A DNA stretch of 64,000 nucleotides from Felis catus (taxonomy: Eukaryota). The translations under genes and the position numbers were made by a program. The stretch lies in contig NC_058370.1 in NCBI RefSeq assembly GCF_018350175.1, positions 137,206,001 to 137,270,000 of the forward strand, written 5' to 3'. The notes below the pieces were generated by a model, which saw only the letters and a list, made by a program, of their open reading frames with translations, was not told the origin of the DNA and searched no databases. Positions 52,501 through 64,000 of the stretch are shown here, in pieces. The stretch's first letter is position 1. Each line of letters starts with the position of its first letter.

Positions 52501-53182
52501 AAAATTAAGTAAGCCACAACGAGAACGAAGTGAGCAGTGTCCGCCCCCCAAAGCAGGATTCTAACTATATCTAGATTGGGATTGCCAGCCATGAGTTAAA
52601 AGTCCCACCGAGCTGGGAAATAGACCTGGCCTTCTAAGAATGTTCAGATCTAGGATTTTAGGCTGTGATGCCACGTTTTAAAAAAAAATAGAACAGAATT
52701 AAGCCTTGATCCCGTCCTGAAACCACCCGCACTCCAGGTTAGAAAAATTCCCTACCTCGTGGAAAAGATTCCTATGCAATCTGTGACGTTTCTGATGGAA
52801 AACCAACACAGGGATACAAACATTTGTTTGTGTGTAGACTGCATGTTGACACAGGCATATCTTTCCTGCTCAACATCTGCTACCTGGTTAGGTACAGTCT
52901 ACAGCTCACATTCCACACGTCAGATTCGCTGAGATGGTTTTGGGCCTCTGTTAGTGACTCTTCTCCAACCTCATTTAAATAGTCAAGCATTCATTATTTT
53001 GATACAATTTTTTCTTTAAGTTGTGGATGAATACTTCTCCGTAAGTAGCAGAGAACTTGGATTTTGCGTTTGTAGGGCACAGTCATATCAATGTCTGGTT
53101 AAGCTGCATGGTTCCCTAGGGCAGTGAGTCATTTCTACAGAAACTTCTTGGTCTAAATGTGAGATTGTAGAGAACAGGATTA

Positions 53183-53397
53183 GGGGCACCTGGGTGGCTC
53201 AGTAAGTTAAGGGTCTGGCTCTTGATTTTGGCTAAGGTCATGATCTCATGGTCTATGATATTGAGCTCCCACATATAGCTCAGCACTACCAGTGTGGAGC
53301 CTGCTTGGGATTCTCTCTCCCTCTCTCTGCCCCTTCCCCCTGTGCACTGTCCCTCCCTCTCTCTCTCTCTCTCAAAATAAATGAATAAATTAAAAAA
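53183..53397 (+). mobile_element. CAN-SINE (older), first of a tandem pair
   Basis: SINEC consensus match. Confidence 0.9.
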
Positions 53398-53409
53398 GGG
53401 GGTCGCCTT

Positions 53410-53640
53410 GGGGCACCTGGGTGGCTCAGTCGGTTAAGCACCTGACTTCAGCTCAGGTCATGATCTCGCGGTTCATGGGTTCAAGCCCCGCATCGGTCTC
53501 TGGGCTGACAGCTCAGAGCCTAAAGCCTGCTTCTCATTCTGTGTCTCTCTCTCTCTCTACCCCCCCCCACTCTCATTCTGTCTGTCTCTCTTTCAAAAAT
53601 AAATAAACATTAAATTTTTTTTAAATAAAAGAAAAAAAAA
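53410..53640 (+). mobile_element. CAN-SINE, second of a tandem pair
   Basis: SINEC consensus match starting 12 bp after the previous tail. Confidence 0.92.
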
Positions 53641-53816
53641 GGAAGAAAGCAAGATTAGATTTTTTTGAAGTCTCAGTACTTTCTTAATACATTTCTTATA
53701 CCAGTTCTCATCCTCCACAGAAGGCTCAATCAAGAATAAAAGCATCTGCCCTTGAAGTTGAAAGGGGTTTTGAGAGGTCACCACACCCACATTCCATTAA
53801 AACACTGCTGCTCCGT

Positions 53817-53998
53817 GGGGGCGCGTGGGTGGCTCAGTCAGTTGAGTGAGCAGCTTAGGTCGTGATCCCAGGATCCTGGGATTGAGTCCATGTTGGGCTC
53901 TGCGCTGAAAGTGGAACTCGGGATCCTCTCTCCTCCCTTTCTCACAGCCCCTCCCCCACTGTGTACCTGCCCGTGCTCCCTTTCTCAAAAAAGAAAAT
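53817..53998 (+). mobile_element. old carnivore CAN-SINE
   Basis: gtgatcccaggatcctgggattgagtcc variant; TSD acactgctgctcc / acactgatgctcc. Confidence 0.85.
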
Positions 53999-54425
53999 AC
54001 ACACTGATGCTCCTTGCATATCAGTACAGATGAAACCTGAGCTTTCAGTGACTGGACACCTGCCTGGGTGTGGATGTTCTCCCTAACTTGAGACCCCCTG
54101 GCAGGAGTTTTGGGAGTCAGATGCTTGGTGTTTTGTTTTTTTTTTAATTCAAATTCCAATTAGGCTAATTCTTATCCGTGCAGTGTCTGATAGTTTTAAT
54201 CTCATTAAAAAAAAAACAGAGCTGATAATTTCTGCAAATATGATTTTTTTAGTAACTTATGCATATTCTTGGCATATGTACATGTCTTCAACCTACCCCA
54301 TCGACCACCCCATTTCCCTCCAGTAGAAAACAGCACGTGTCAGGGACTAGTAGGCATGCCTATCGCAGTGCCGGTGGTGAGTTTTACATTCTCATGATTT
54401 CATGTACTTTCAAAAAATGAGAATA

Positions 54426-54649
54426 GGGGCCCCTGGGTGGCTCCGTCAGTTAAGCGTCCGACTTCAGCTCAGGTCATGATCTCATGGTCCGTGAGTTCGA
54501 GCCCCGTGTCGGGCTCTGTGCTGACAGCTCAGAGCCTGGATCCTGTTTCAGATTCTGTGTCTCCCTTTCTCTTTGACCCTCCCCTGTTCATGCTCTGTCT
54601 CTCCCTGTCTCAAAAATAAATAAAACGTTAAAAAAATAAAAACAAAAAC
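54426..54649 (+). mobile_element. CAN-SINE
   Basis: SINEC; TSD caaaaaatgagaa at 54411-54423 and 54650-54662. Confidence 0.94.
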
Positions 54650-54656
54650 AAAAAAT

Positions 54657-54807
54657 GAGAACAAACTGAGGGCTGATGGGGGGTGGGAGGGAGGGGAGGG
54701 TGGGTGATGGGTATTGAAGAGGGCATCTTTTGGGATGAGCACTGGGTGTTGTATGGAAACCAATTTGACAATAAATTTCATATATTTAAAAAACAAACAA
54801 ACAAAAA
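54657..54807 (+). mobile_element. feline L1 (L1_Fc-type) extreme 3' end
   Basis: gagaacaaactgaggg...gggatgagcactgggtgttgtatggaaaccaatttgacaataaa plus A-rich tail. Confidence 0.9.
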
Positions 54808-55482
54808 CGAGGTACTTTCAAAAACAAAAAAGCAAGGTTTCACACAAGGTCAGGGTGGTGTCACGGCCCACCCCCAGGCGTGCCAGGGAGAAGCTGCGGA
54901 AATGGATACCAACCGCCTGCAGGGCAAACGGGCAAGTGGTGTCGTGGGGCCGCGACTCCCCCCACCAGACTCACTTCAGCCTGCAGGCATCGGAATAAGT
55001 CAGAGGCAGGACTGGTTTACTGCGATACGTTTCCTCGCCCCTGTGCACCATGGCCAGCCAGGGCTTGGGCACTTTCCACCTGCAGAGACAGGTACTTGCT
55101 TCCTGTTCATGGCACCATTTCCTGGGTTTTCCGCCAATTTCTGGGCAATTCCTCCTGCAAAGCGTAGAAAGGAAAACCCACAGAGAGCAACGTATTTCAT
55201 CAAAGTGCTCTGGACTGGGACGCCAGAGAGGAAGAGCCGATCCTAACTTAGCGTGCTTAAGTGGTCCAAAGCCACAGCGACAGTGCTGCCTTCCAGAGGA
55301 CAGAGGCTCCTGCACAGAAATGTGTAGATCTGTGCTGTTAGCGGATCGATATTCCCTGAGCTTGTGCATGAACTCACATAGAGAAGCATCACGACATTTA
55401 TGAAAGCTAATGCAATAGACATGTAAAATATCCACACAAGGAAATTACAATCTAATTTCAGACTTTGATATCCAATGGCTGT

Positions 55483-55686
55483 NNNNNNNNNNNNNNNNNN
55501 NNNNNNNNNNNNNNNNNNNNNNNNNNNNNNNNNNNNNNNNNNNNNNNNNNNNNNNNNNNNNNNNNNNNNNNNNNNNNNNNNNNNNNNNNNNNNNNNNNNN
55601 NNNNNNNNNNNNNNNNNNNNNNNNNNNNNNNNNNNNNNNNNNNNNNNNNNNNNNNNNNNNNNNNNNNNNNNNNNNNNNNNNNNNNN
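55483..55686. other. assembly gap (204 N)
   Basis: N run. Confidence 1.
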
Positions 55687-56034
55687 TAATATTCTGTCTC
55701 TAGCAAAAAGCAATTCCCTTATCCTTTCCTGGTGCAAGAGAAATAAATAGGGATTTTAACAGGACCGATCTGTAGTAACTTTTATAGACTGCAAAACATC
55801 TTTGTAATCATCCTGATTTAATAGCTGGAGCTACTAGTTTGTGGCTCCTTTTTTTTCCCCTCCACTAACTTGAGAATGATAATGCTGCACTAAACACATT
55901 TGGGAATTCTATATCCAGCATCTAGCTTTACTTGAAGAGGTAGACAAGCTCACGTTTAAAGCCACAGACTTTCATACGTGTGCTGGAAGAGATCTCATCG
56001 TAGAGTATGCTTACGTGAAAATGGCAATTTTTTT

Positions 56035-56205
56035 GTGTTCAGACAAACTCGGGTGGGATCCAGGCTCGATGAGTTACTCAACGGCTATCGGAGGGATGTT
56101 GGACAAGTCACCTAACCTTCATAAACTGGTTTGCTTAGCTGGAAAAAAAGAAAGGAAAACAACCTTTGAAAATGACATCGCGCAGTGCAGAAAGTGCCCA
56201 ACACA
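56035..56205 (+). mobile_element. MIR fragment
   Basis: cagacaaactcgggtgggatccaggctc...ttggacaagtcacctaacctt. Confidence 0.6.
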
Positions 56206-56600
56206 CTTGCATTTTCTTTCCATAAATGAGCCTGTGTGTTTTTCTCTGTGTCATCAACACTTACCACAGAGACGACACTCGCAGCTTTTTTATTAAAATA
56301 AATCATCCCAATGGGAGGACAAAGGTTATGGATGTCAAGCAACAACCCCAAGATCCCAGGAGACTCGGATTTAGTGTTCTGATTCAGGGTTTACAACAAT
56401 TGCTGGATGACAAACCCTGGGGCTCATCGAACCAAGGGCCTTCGGACACATCGTCGCAAAAACTTTTAATCTGGAAAATACTAGGACAGGAGGCAGACCT
56501 CATGCGTCTGATGGAGACCGTAGGCTCCAGCTGAAACTCGAGAATGCTCTGCCAGTAGCCATGGATATGGTTCCCAGAACGCAGATTTGAAGAACACTAT

Positions 56601-56975
56601 TGTTATGGACTGAGTATTTGTATCCCCCCAAAATTCTTAGGTTGGAATTCTACCCCCTAAACGATGGTATTTGGACATGAGGTCTTTAGGGGCTAATTAG
56701 GTCATAAAGGTGGGGTCCCTATGAATGGGATTATTGTAACAAAAGACCCAGGGAGCTTGCTTCTTCCCTCTCTCTCTCTCTCTCCCTGCTCTCCACCATG
56801 CGAGGACACAATGAGAAGGCATCCATCTGCACACCAGCAAGGGCTCCGACCAGACACCAGATCTGTGGACACCTTGATGTTGGACTTCCAGCCACCAGAA
56901 CTTGAAAAATAGGTTTATTGTTCAAGGCTCCCAGTCTGTGGTGTATTCGTTACAGCAGCCAAGCAGACTAAGACG
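56601..56975 (+). mobile_element. ERVL-MaLR solo LTR (MLT1A-like)
   Basis: tgttatggactgag...taattaggtcat...accttgatgttggacttccagcc...gactaagac. Confidence 0.88.
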
Positions 56976-58029
56976 GGTGTTACCGGAGGAGAGTGGCGCC
57001 CCATAGATTTTAGCTCTCAAAGGACAATGTGGGAAAAGGGGATATATAAAGGCATTCCCAGGTGGGGGAATCCTGACCTGGTCCCATGGCTTCTTCCTCA
57101 ATTAGAATCAATATATTTGAACACTTGGGGATATTTCTATGGGTCAGTGGAGTCAGAATCCACAGATCTCGCTGGGATCTTAAAGAAGCACCCTCACTAT
57201 CATCCCACCCACCATAAATGTCTGAAACTGCGGTGCTGAGGGGTCCTGGACGTGATGAATGACAGTGCCTCGCACTCAGTGACAGAGCGACAGGCGTCCT
57301 GTCCTCTCCGCAGGGTCTTGCACACCCCCTGCCATGTTCGGGCCCTCGGTAAATATGCCCGGAATTATTCTGGGCTGTAGCTTCTGGAAGATCGTTCTTA
57401 CTCGAAAGCCCGTTTTTCACAGTACGTCGAATGCCTCGTAACACTCTTCTTCATATTCTGTTGAGGTGCGTGCATTTTCACAGTGTCACAAAAACTGTTT
57501 GCTGCAGTCTTGGTAGGGTGATAGCTCTCATGTAATTTTTATATTACAAAAAGATACTTTCATATCTAGTAAATCACCCACCACAAACATTATAAAATGC
57601 ATCCCAAAGCTGGCGGTTGGAATGATATTTTATAGGTTTTTCATCGGAGGATCATACTTCACCATTATGTCATAGTTGTGAAATTGCTTTTCCAAACAGT
57701 TAAACTCGGAAGCATTTGGCTTCTCATCATCGGAAAGCTGTTTTCTCTCTTCTCTGGGGTCCACTTTATCCTGGCACAGAGCTCTCGGCTCTATTTCCTG
57801 CTTCCAGCGGCTCATCTCCTCGTGGCCACCGCTGGGACAGGTTGTCACTGATGGAGGGAAGGAAGGGGCTTTAAATCACTGAGGCAGCGGCGCCCTTTCT
57901 GGGTCAGCTGAGTCGCCGTGACCCTGCCCTGCGCACACAGTGAGTGGGTCCCAGGGGACAAGGACCCCTTACTTGCGTCTTCCCCTCTAACTTAGTTTGT
58001 CCTCGTAAGAGTGCTTAAGCAGACAGGAG

Positions 58030-58135
58030 AATTTTTTTTTAAATGAAAGAGGAAACCAAGGCCCCAACAGCTGAGGTGACTTACCCGAGTTAGCACAGCG
58101 CACAGGAAGCAGGTCAGGGCTCAGGTGCAGGCATG
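58030..58135 (-). mobile_element. MIR core fragment
   Basis: gaggaaaccaaggcc...gaggtgacttacccgagttagcacagc. Confidence 0.55.
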
Positions 58136-58437
58136 TTTCCCCTTAGGGTCTTTCCTCTGCCCACCCCAGGGTCAGCGGACAAGTTCTACGTCTATAGTAT
58201 CAGTTTCCAGTGAGGACACCCGAAGTATGCTTTTCTTCTTGTTTGGTGTGATTTTGGATCAAGAGAAGTTGTTATAAACAGCTGAGAACCGGTCATGGCA
58301 GAAGCACCTAGAAAGACCACCTGAGGGGTGGGGCCGAGGGCAGGGGTGGAACTTATAACACCCGAGAACCAGCGGGGGAGGTGTTGGAGCTGGAGCTCCA
58401 GGGGAGAAGGTCACTGAGCCTGGAAACCCAACACCGA

Positions 58438-58503
58438 GCGTGTGAGTGTGTGTGTGTGCACGTGTGTGCATGTGTGCGCATACACACGTGTGGTTGCACA
58501 TGT
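58438..58503. repeat. alternating purine-pyrimidine (TG/CA) tract
   Basis: directly visible. Confidence 0.8.
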
Positions 58504-59983
58504 AACAACCCAACCTGTTGGTTTCTTCAGTGTTCTTCACCCGACAAAGCAGTTGTGGAGGAGTAAGAACACGTGAAAGGATGATTGGTTTTAATGACAT
58601 GTTTATTTTTCTTACTTCTAGGATAGAAAGTAAAGAATCTTGTGCATTGTCTTCTAAACTCTTTTGTGTGATCTCTGACCATTTATGTTCATATCCTCGC
58701 GATATTTAAAAATAACGGATCTCATCGATGAGGGCTATGTCTGTATCCAAGGGGAAGAGAGGCAGACCTTGTGATCAATTACTTGTGAATCTGAAAATTT
58801 GTGAGGCAATGGAATTATGTCATCCAGATCGCATTAGTAGGTCTAATTTTGGATATTTCCAGGCTGAGGTGCAATTTGTTTTACGAAAGTGACAACACTC
58901 ATTTTGAATGCAGCAACATGCAATTGTAAAACCATGGGTATGTTTTAGGGCACGTTTCATTCTTCAACCACAAATGCATCGTCTAGTTCAAAAAACACAT
59001 TCATCGTGAAAATTGATCAATTGAATCAGTAAGACAAAATAGTAGAAATCTCCATTTCCTTATAATTCACCATGGAAATGGTAAACCTTCACTTCACAGT
59101 CTGTGAAGCTTGTAGATAATGTATGTCAGTCTCTCTTCGCATTATTCTGTCACCAACATGCTGTAATTCGTAAGGTATTTAGGAAAAGGAGTGCTGTAAG
59201 TTTACCAAGAACTTCTGGATGTTTGGTAAATGTATAGGCCAAAGGAAGGAGTGGACAGAAGAGTGAGGTAAAGGAGGGAGGGAGGAGAGACAAAAGGAGA
59301 GAGAAGGTAGAGTATCGTATTCCAGTTGCTAAAGGGACAGATCCCAAACAACAAAGGGCACCATTATCTTTCCCTCTCTTGAGGCAGTCTTGCAGCTCGG
59401 TGAGTTCTTTCCCACCGTTCTCCAGTGTTCCTGGGTTGCTGGTCACCCAGTGAAAGTGGGGGGCACAATGGCATTTCTGGAAATGTGCAGATGGCACTGG
59501 ATGGCCAAGCCGCAGGGGGTCACTTCCTCCGTTGCAGCGTTGGGGATGTTTCCGTGACTTGATTGCATGTCTGTCCTTAGTTGTTAACACAGAGGAAGTT
59601 AATTATATAATCTTTAAAAGTTAATACTGTGAGACGACACAGTAATACGTTGTGTCCTTAACATGACTTTTTTGGGCTCTGGAAGCTGCAAATCAACGGT
59701 ATTGCGACCACTTGGCAGAGAGGTGGCTCCTCGTTGCTCTTGTCACTTGAGCAACCATCCAACACCATTCCTTCCAACACAACAGCACCACGGAGTGAGA
59801 CACCCAGGTCTTAGAGGCACAACCGGTGTGAAATGTCCTCAAAGAAAACCACCCCCGGGATAAATTACCCTAGCCTCCTAGACCTTCCTCTTCATCTACA
59901 GAGGGCTGCCAGCAATACCGACCTTCCACGGTAGTGACGGGAATTCAATGAGATAATGATGTGTGAACAAATTAAGCGCCGGC

Positions 59984-60079
59984 TGTAGGTTCGGAGTACT
60001 AAGTTCAATTCTATAGGGGACACACACAGGAGCAAGGCAGCTGTATTCCCTGTCCCAGCACCGGGGTGTTCCAGTCCTT
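59984..60079 (+). repeat. local direct duplication, copy A
   Basis: ungapped 96-bp match to 62353-62448 with 10 mismatches (hand count). Confidence 0.95.
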
Positions 60080-62256
60080 CCAGATTATAACTACAGATGA
60101 TATTGATACAGATGTTGAAAGTAGTTTCAACAGAGGAAGGCATCCCAGTAGCTTAAGATAGCACGGACATACTTATGGGTTTTCCAGATAGACTTGGAAA
60201 TGTATCTTAAATGTAAACAGCAATTTTAGAGAAGTGAGGAGAAGGAGGAAGGAAGAGGGAGGAAGGAAGACAATTTCAGAGGAAATATGATGAGGTTTGA
60301 CTTCTTTAGGGCCTGGTAGAGTTTGCTTGAAATAGCGATCCATGCATGGGCTACTGAGGTGTGGGACTCACACAAATCGGTGCTGTGTTGTGAAGGGGTC
60401 TGAGTGCTGGCTAACACATCGGGGCCTTATCTGCTAGAAAACGTGTAAGTATTACACAATTTGGAATGGCGGCAGAGGTCACCATGACTGGGACTAGACG
60501 TACAAACAATAACAAGGAAGTTTCTCAAAGAATGGAGTCAGCCCAAAGAGGAGGTGGGGGACACAATCATCCCTGGGAGAAAGTCTCAGATACCAGCCAC
60601 GTCCTTGTGCTTCCTGAGCGAGTTCTGGTCCCTTCACTCAAGCACACGGGGCACTCGGTTTTCTCCAAGTCAACAGACATGTGCTCGTTTGCACTTCCCA
60701 GTTCGTACAGATCTCAAAAACAAAAATGCAAACTATTGACCGCATTTTGAACCTAATGGGGAAACAGAGATGGGGAAGAGATGCTTGCAGAAATCATCAA
60801 GGTACTTGTGAGCTGAAAACCAAGGGACATAGGCAGGTGCAAAGTCCCTGTGGCACGCAGCCTTGGATTGTAGGCTGCCTAGCCTGCTTTACTAGTCTGT
60901 GTCTAAGGGCGATCTTTCTCACCGCTTGAGTCCACACCTTTGCGTATTCCTCTAGATTCTGTTCCTCCAAAGAACAGCTGCTGGATGAGAAGTTGTCATG
61001 AGGGAATTGCCCATTATATTTTCAGAGCCTAGCCCATATTTCTGTTGGTCCACGAGCAGAATAGGGGCCACGAGCGTCCACGGAGCCCTCAAGGGGACGA
61101 GTGTGGCACATGGTGCAACATTGTGACTGTCCGCTCTCTTCCATGGAAACTCATTTCTTTCACCGTCTCCATGCCGAAGGGGGGGCTGTGCCCTGGGACC
61201 CGGGAAACCAGACTTGGAGTTCTTGCCCTGCCAGAGTTTCTCGTCAAACATCTGTTAAGTTCAAGTCGTCTGGCCTTTTTTTAGATCTCGGGAAGAAGCG
61301 TTTGAATAGCCAGAACATCAGAGACTCCAAACAACCCGGGAGTCCACACAGAGTATCTACACACGCCGTGTGCATTTCCCAGGGAGAAGGGTCTGAGCTT
61401 CTCACCTTATTTGGGTTTTTGAACAAACAGTTGACGATCTCCCTCAATAGAATGTCACGTTTACCCGGAAGAACGGGATGTCGACAGCACAATTACTCTC
61501 CCTTTCAAGTTCGCTTTAAATTTCAAAAACGTCCCCTGAGTTTTCAGATGTGTTCCCTTCTTCCTTAGAGGTGAACGGTGGCAGGACGTGGGTCTCAAAA
61601 CACAGAACGTGTTTTCCTTCCTCACAGCACGCGAACTTTGGGGGACACTGTACTCGGGCTGTGTTCCTCTAGATGTGAAACTGCTGAGGATCCCACCACA
61701 CGCGTTCACACCTGGAATCCAGATGCTGCCCCATCTACCGCTGCCTCCGCCGCAGTTCGCACATCGCTGCCTCACAGCAAGTTGGTGATTCATCATGCCG
61801 CGATCTTCCTAAAGCAGGATGATAATAGAAAGTCTCCCAGCAGCTGTCAAGGCAGCAGGAACAACACGCCATTGCGAGGCGGCACCACCCACGTTCGGTG
61901 TGCGGGCTGGAGCACTGCCAGCCAGGCTCGCCTCCCAGGCTCAGTCTCGGACGAACGTGGCGAAAAATCTGCCGTGTACACCCCAAGGGAGGGGATGCGT
62001 GACCCCGTGGCGGCGACCTGCCCCGAAGGACGTTTCGCGGGCCGAAAGAACACGGTGATCTGGGCACAGAAGGCACCAAGACTTCCAGCCACACCGTGGG
62101 CCTGTTCCAGCCACACTGGGCGTGTGCCTCAAAACTGCGTCTCCCCTTGAAGAGGAAGGTGAGCATAAATCCAGACCTTGGCCGTGCTCTGTAGCACGCC
62201 CGAAAGCAGTCAGTCTGACCCCAGAGTTACACTCCCCACTCCCCAGTAATTCCACT

Positions 62257-62318
62257 CTCTCTCTATATATGCTTTATGCTTTATATGCTTTATATGCTTT
62301 ATATGCTTTATATGCTTT

Positions 62319-62350
<32 letters not shown>
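62257..62350. repeat. compound (CT)n-(ATATGCTTT)n-(TA)n repeat
   Basis: directly visible. Confidence 0.92.
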
Positions 62351-62352
<2 letters not shown>

Positions 62353-62355
<3 letters not shown>

Positions 62356-62448
62356 ATGTTCGGTGTACTAAGTTAAATTCTACAGGGGACACACACGGGA
62401 GCAAGGCAGATGTATTACCTGTCCCATTACAGGGGTGTTCCAGTCCTT
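62353..62448 (+). repeat. local direct duplication, copy B (runs into gap)
   Basis: matches 59984-60079. Confidence 0.95.
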
Positions 62449-62590
62449 NNNNNNNNNNNNNNNNNNNNNNNNNNNNNNNNNNNNNNNNNNNNNNNNNNNN
62501 NNNNNNNNNNNNNNNNNNNNNNNNNNNNNNNNNNNNNNNNNNNNNNNNNNNNNNNNNNNNNNNNNNNNNNNNNNNNNNNNNNNNNNNNNN
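62449..62590. other. assembly gap (142 N)
   Basis: N run. Confidence 1.
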
Positions 62591-64000
62591 GTTATTGTGC
62601 TTTCTGACAGATTGTTGGCCAGTCTTTGGCATAGTGAAAGGATAATTATTTGGGAAGCATTTGGGGACTGTTAATTGATATGGGTGGCATTAATTACCGA
62701 TCCAGAGGAGAAAGAGCGTGGTCTTCCAGAGAAAAGGAGAACAGGAAAAACAATGGTCATAACCATCATCAGAGCAAAATGAAAAGAAAGAAAATGTGGG
62801 TTGCTGGATGGCATCCAGTAAAATTGTAATTCAACCTCCTAATAGATCTCAGACTCCAGTTTAACCGAGGGAGGAGTTTACCGTGGAATGCCGCAAAGGC
62901 GACGCGGAGGATTGCAGAGTTCTGTGGCCAGACTGGAAGACTGGAATTTAACAAAAAATAAAACAATAAACTCTAATGCATGTGTCCAAACCCGTGATGT
63001 ATTGAAAAGAGGTTTGGAGAGCATATAACTTGTGCATGGTAGCCAAACTTGTTTGAATACTGGAACACAATTTCTTTGTTTTTCTTTTACAAGTGTGTGA
63101 GGAGATGAGACTTGGAACTTTATGTTGAAATCAAAACAAAGCCCTCGGGAATAAGCCGGAGAGTGTCTGTGGAGAGCAATCAAGTTGAAGTCAACGCGGG
63201 AAACACTTGGTGTGCGGAGCTCAGTCACCTTTTGCCATGTGGCCGTCATCACGAGTGTGCATCTTGACATGGCGGCCCTTCCCTCAAGAGCTCCTTCCCT
63301 GCTGCAGGCCGCCGGCCCCCTGAGGACAGGAAGCTTAATGTCTGCCGGTGGAGAAGCGGTTCTTCCTGCCATTACTGACCCTCTTCCCGTGCCCCCCCCC
63401 CAGCCGCCCCTCCTCATCTTGCTTTTCAACCACCCTGTCTCTGTCCTGTCACTCAAACTAGCAACTCCTTTCGTCAAGAGTGTCTGGTTTTCACTGTTTC
63501 CCCCAAAGCAGAGAAGTTTCCGGGAGTCCCAGAACTACAGCCCCCAACCACGTTCTGTGGGGCTCCAAGCTGGGAGAGACCCCAGTCCCTGCCCCCGGGT
63601 CCTGACCAGCAGACATGCAGGTGCACATCTTGTGCTCAGTTGCCTGTAAAGTCATCCTTTATAAAACCAAGTTTTTAGTGAAGGCCTGGTTCCTTCAGCG
63701 CAGATGTACTGCCCTCAGGAGCTTCTAAAAGAACGAGCGAAGAAGGACTTGCGTAAAGCATCCACTCTCAAAAACATACATGCGATTTTTGCCTTATCGT
63801 ATGATGGGTACTTTTTCCAATTACGAAAATTCAAGTCGAAAATCTGTATCTTAGTTTTCACCCGAAATTCCTGCCATTATTGCAGATGTGCAACATGTCT
63901 ATCTACGCATGTCCCCTTCCCACAGCCCCGCGGCAGCATGGGTCCGGGGGTCCAAAGTGAAGACAGTGCCCTCAGCGATGTGGGAAGCTCCCAGTTCGAG

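Noticed and set aside
1362-54649. tRNA genes / recurring ORFs such as MAQSVKRPTSAQVMIS
   Set aside because: These are tRNA-derived SINE heads and their translations, not genes
12534-62674. ORFs containing long X runs
   Set aside because: Artefacts of translating through N gaps
1-64000. CRISPR arrays, operons or other prokaryote-type systems
   Set aside because: Sequence is mammalian; no regularly spaced repeat-spacer array or gene-dense coding structure

Overview
Mammalian genomic DNA, almost certainly from a felid: I count 26 tRNA-derived CAN-SINEs of the SINEC_Fc type plus a feline-type L1 3' end. It comes from a draft assembly with five short N gaps. I found no protein-coding exon, RNA gene or pseudogene I can recognise. 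The supplied ORFs are SINE/LINE/LTR read-throughs, gap artefacts or chance ORFs, so the window looks intergenic or deep-intronic. Content is mostly interspersed repeats (SINEC, old L1M, L2, MIR, MLT1 MaLR LTRs, MER5A, MER53) and microsatellites. The structures not explained by known repeats are: (i) a ~170-bp, ~89%-identical inverted repeat (19258-19424 / 22336-22506) bracketing 2.9 kb that contains a CTCF-like site; (ii) a 96-bp, ~90%-identical local direct duplication (59984-60079 / 62353-62448); (iii) a TE-poor candidate HOX/PBX/MEIS enhancer at about 16.2-17.2 kb. Repeat subfamily names come from remembered consensus sequences and need RepeatMasker/Dfam confirmation. I see no evidence of a new multi-gene system here.
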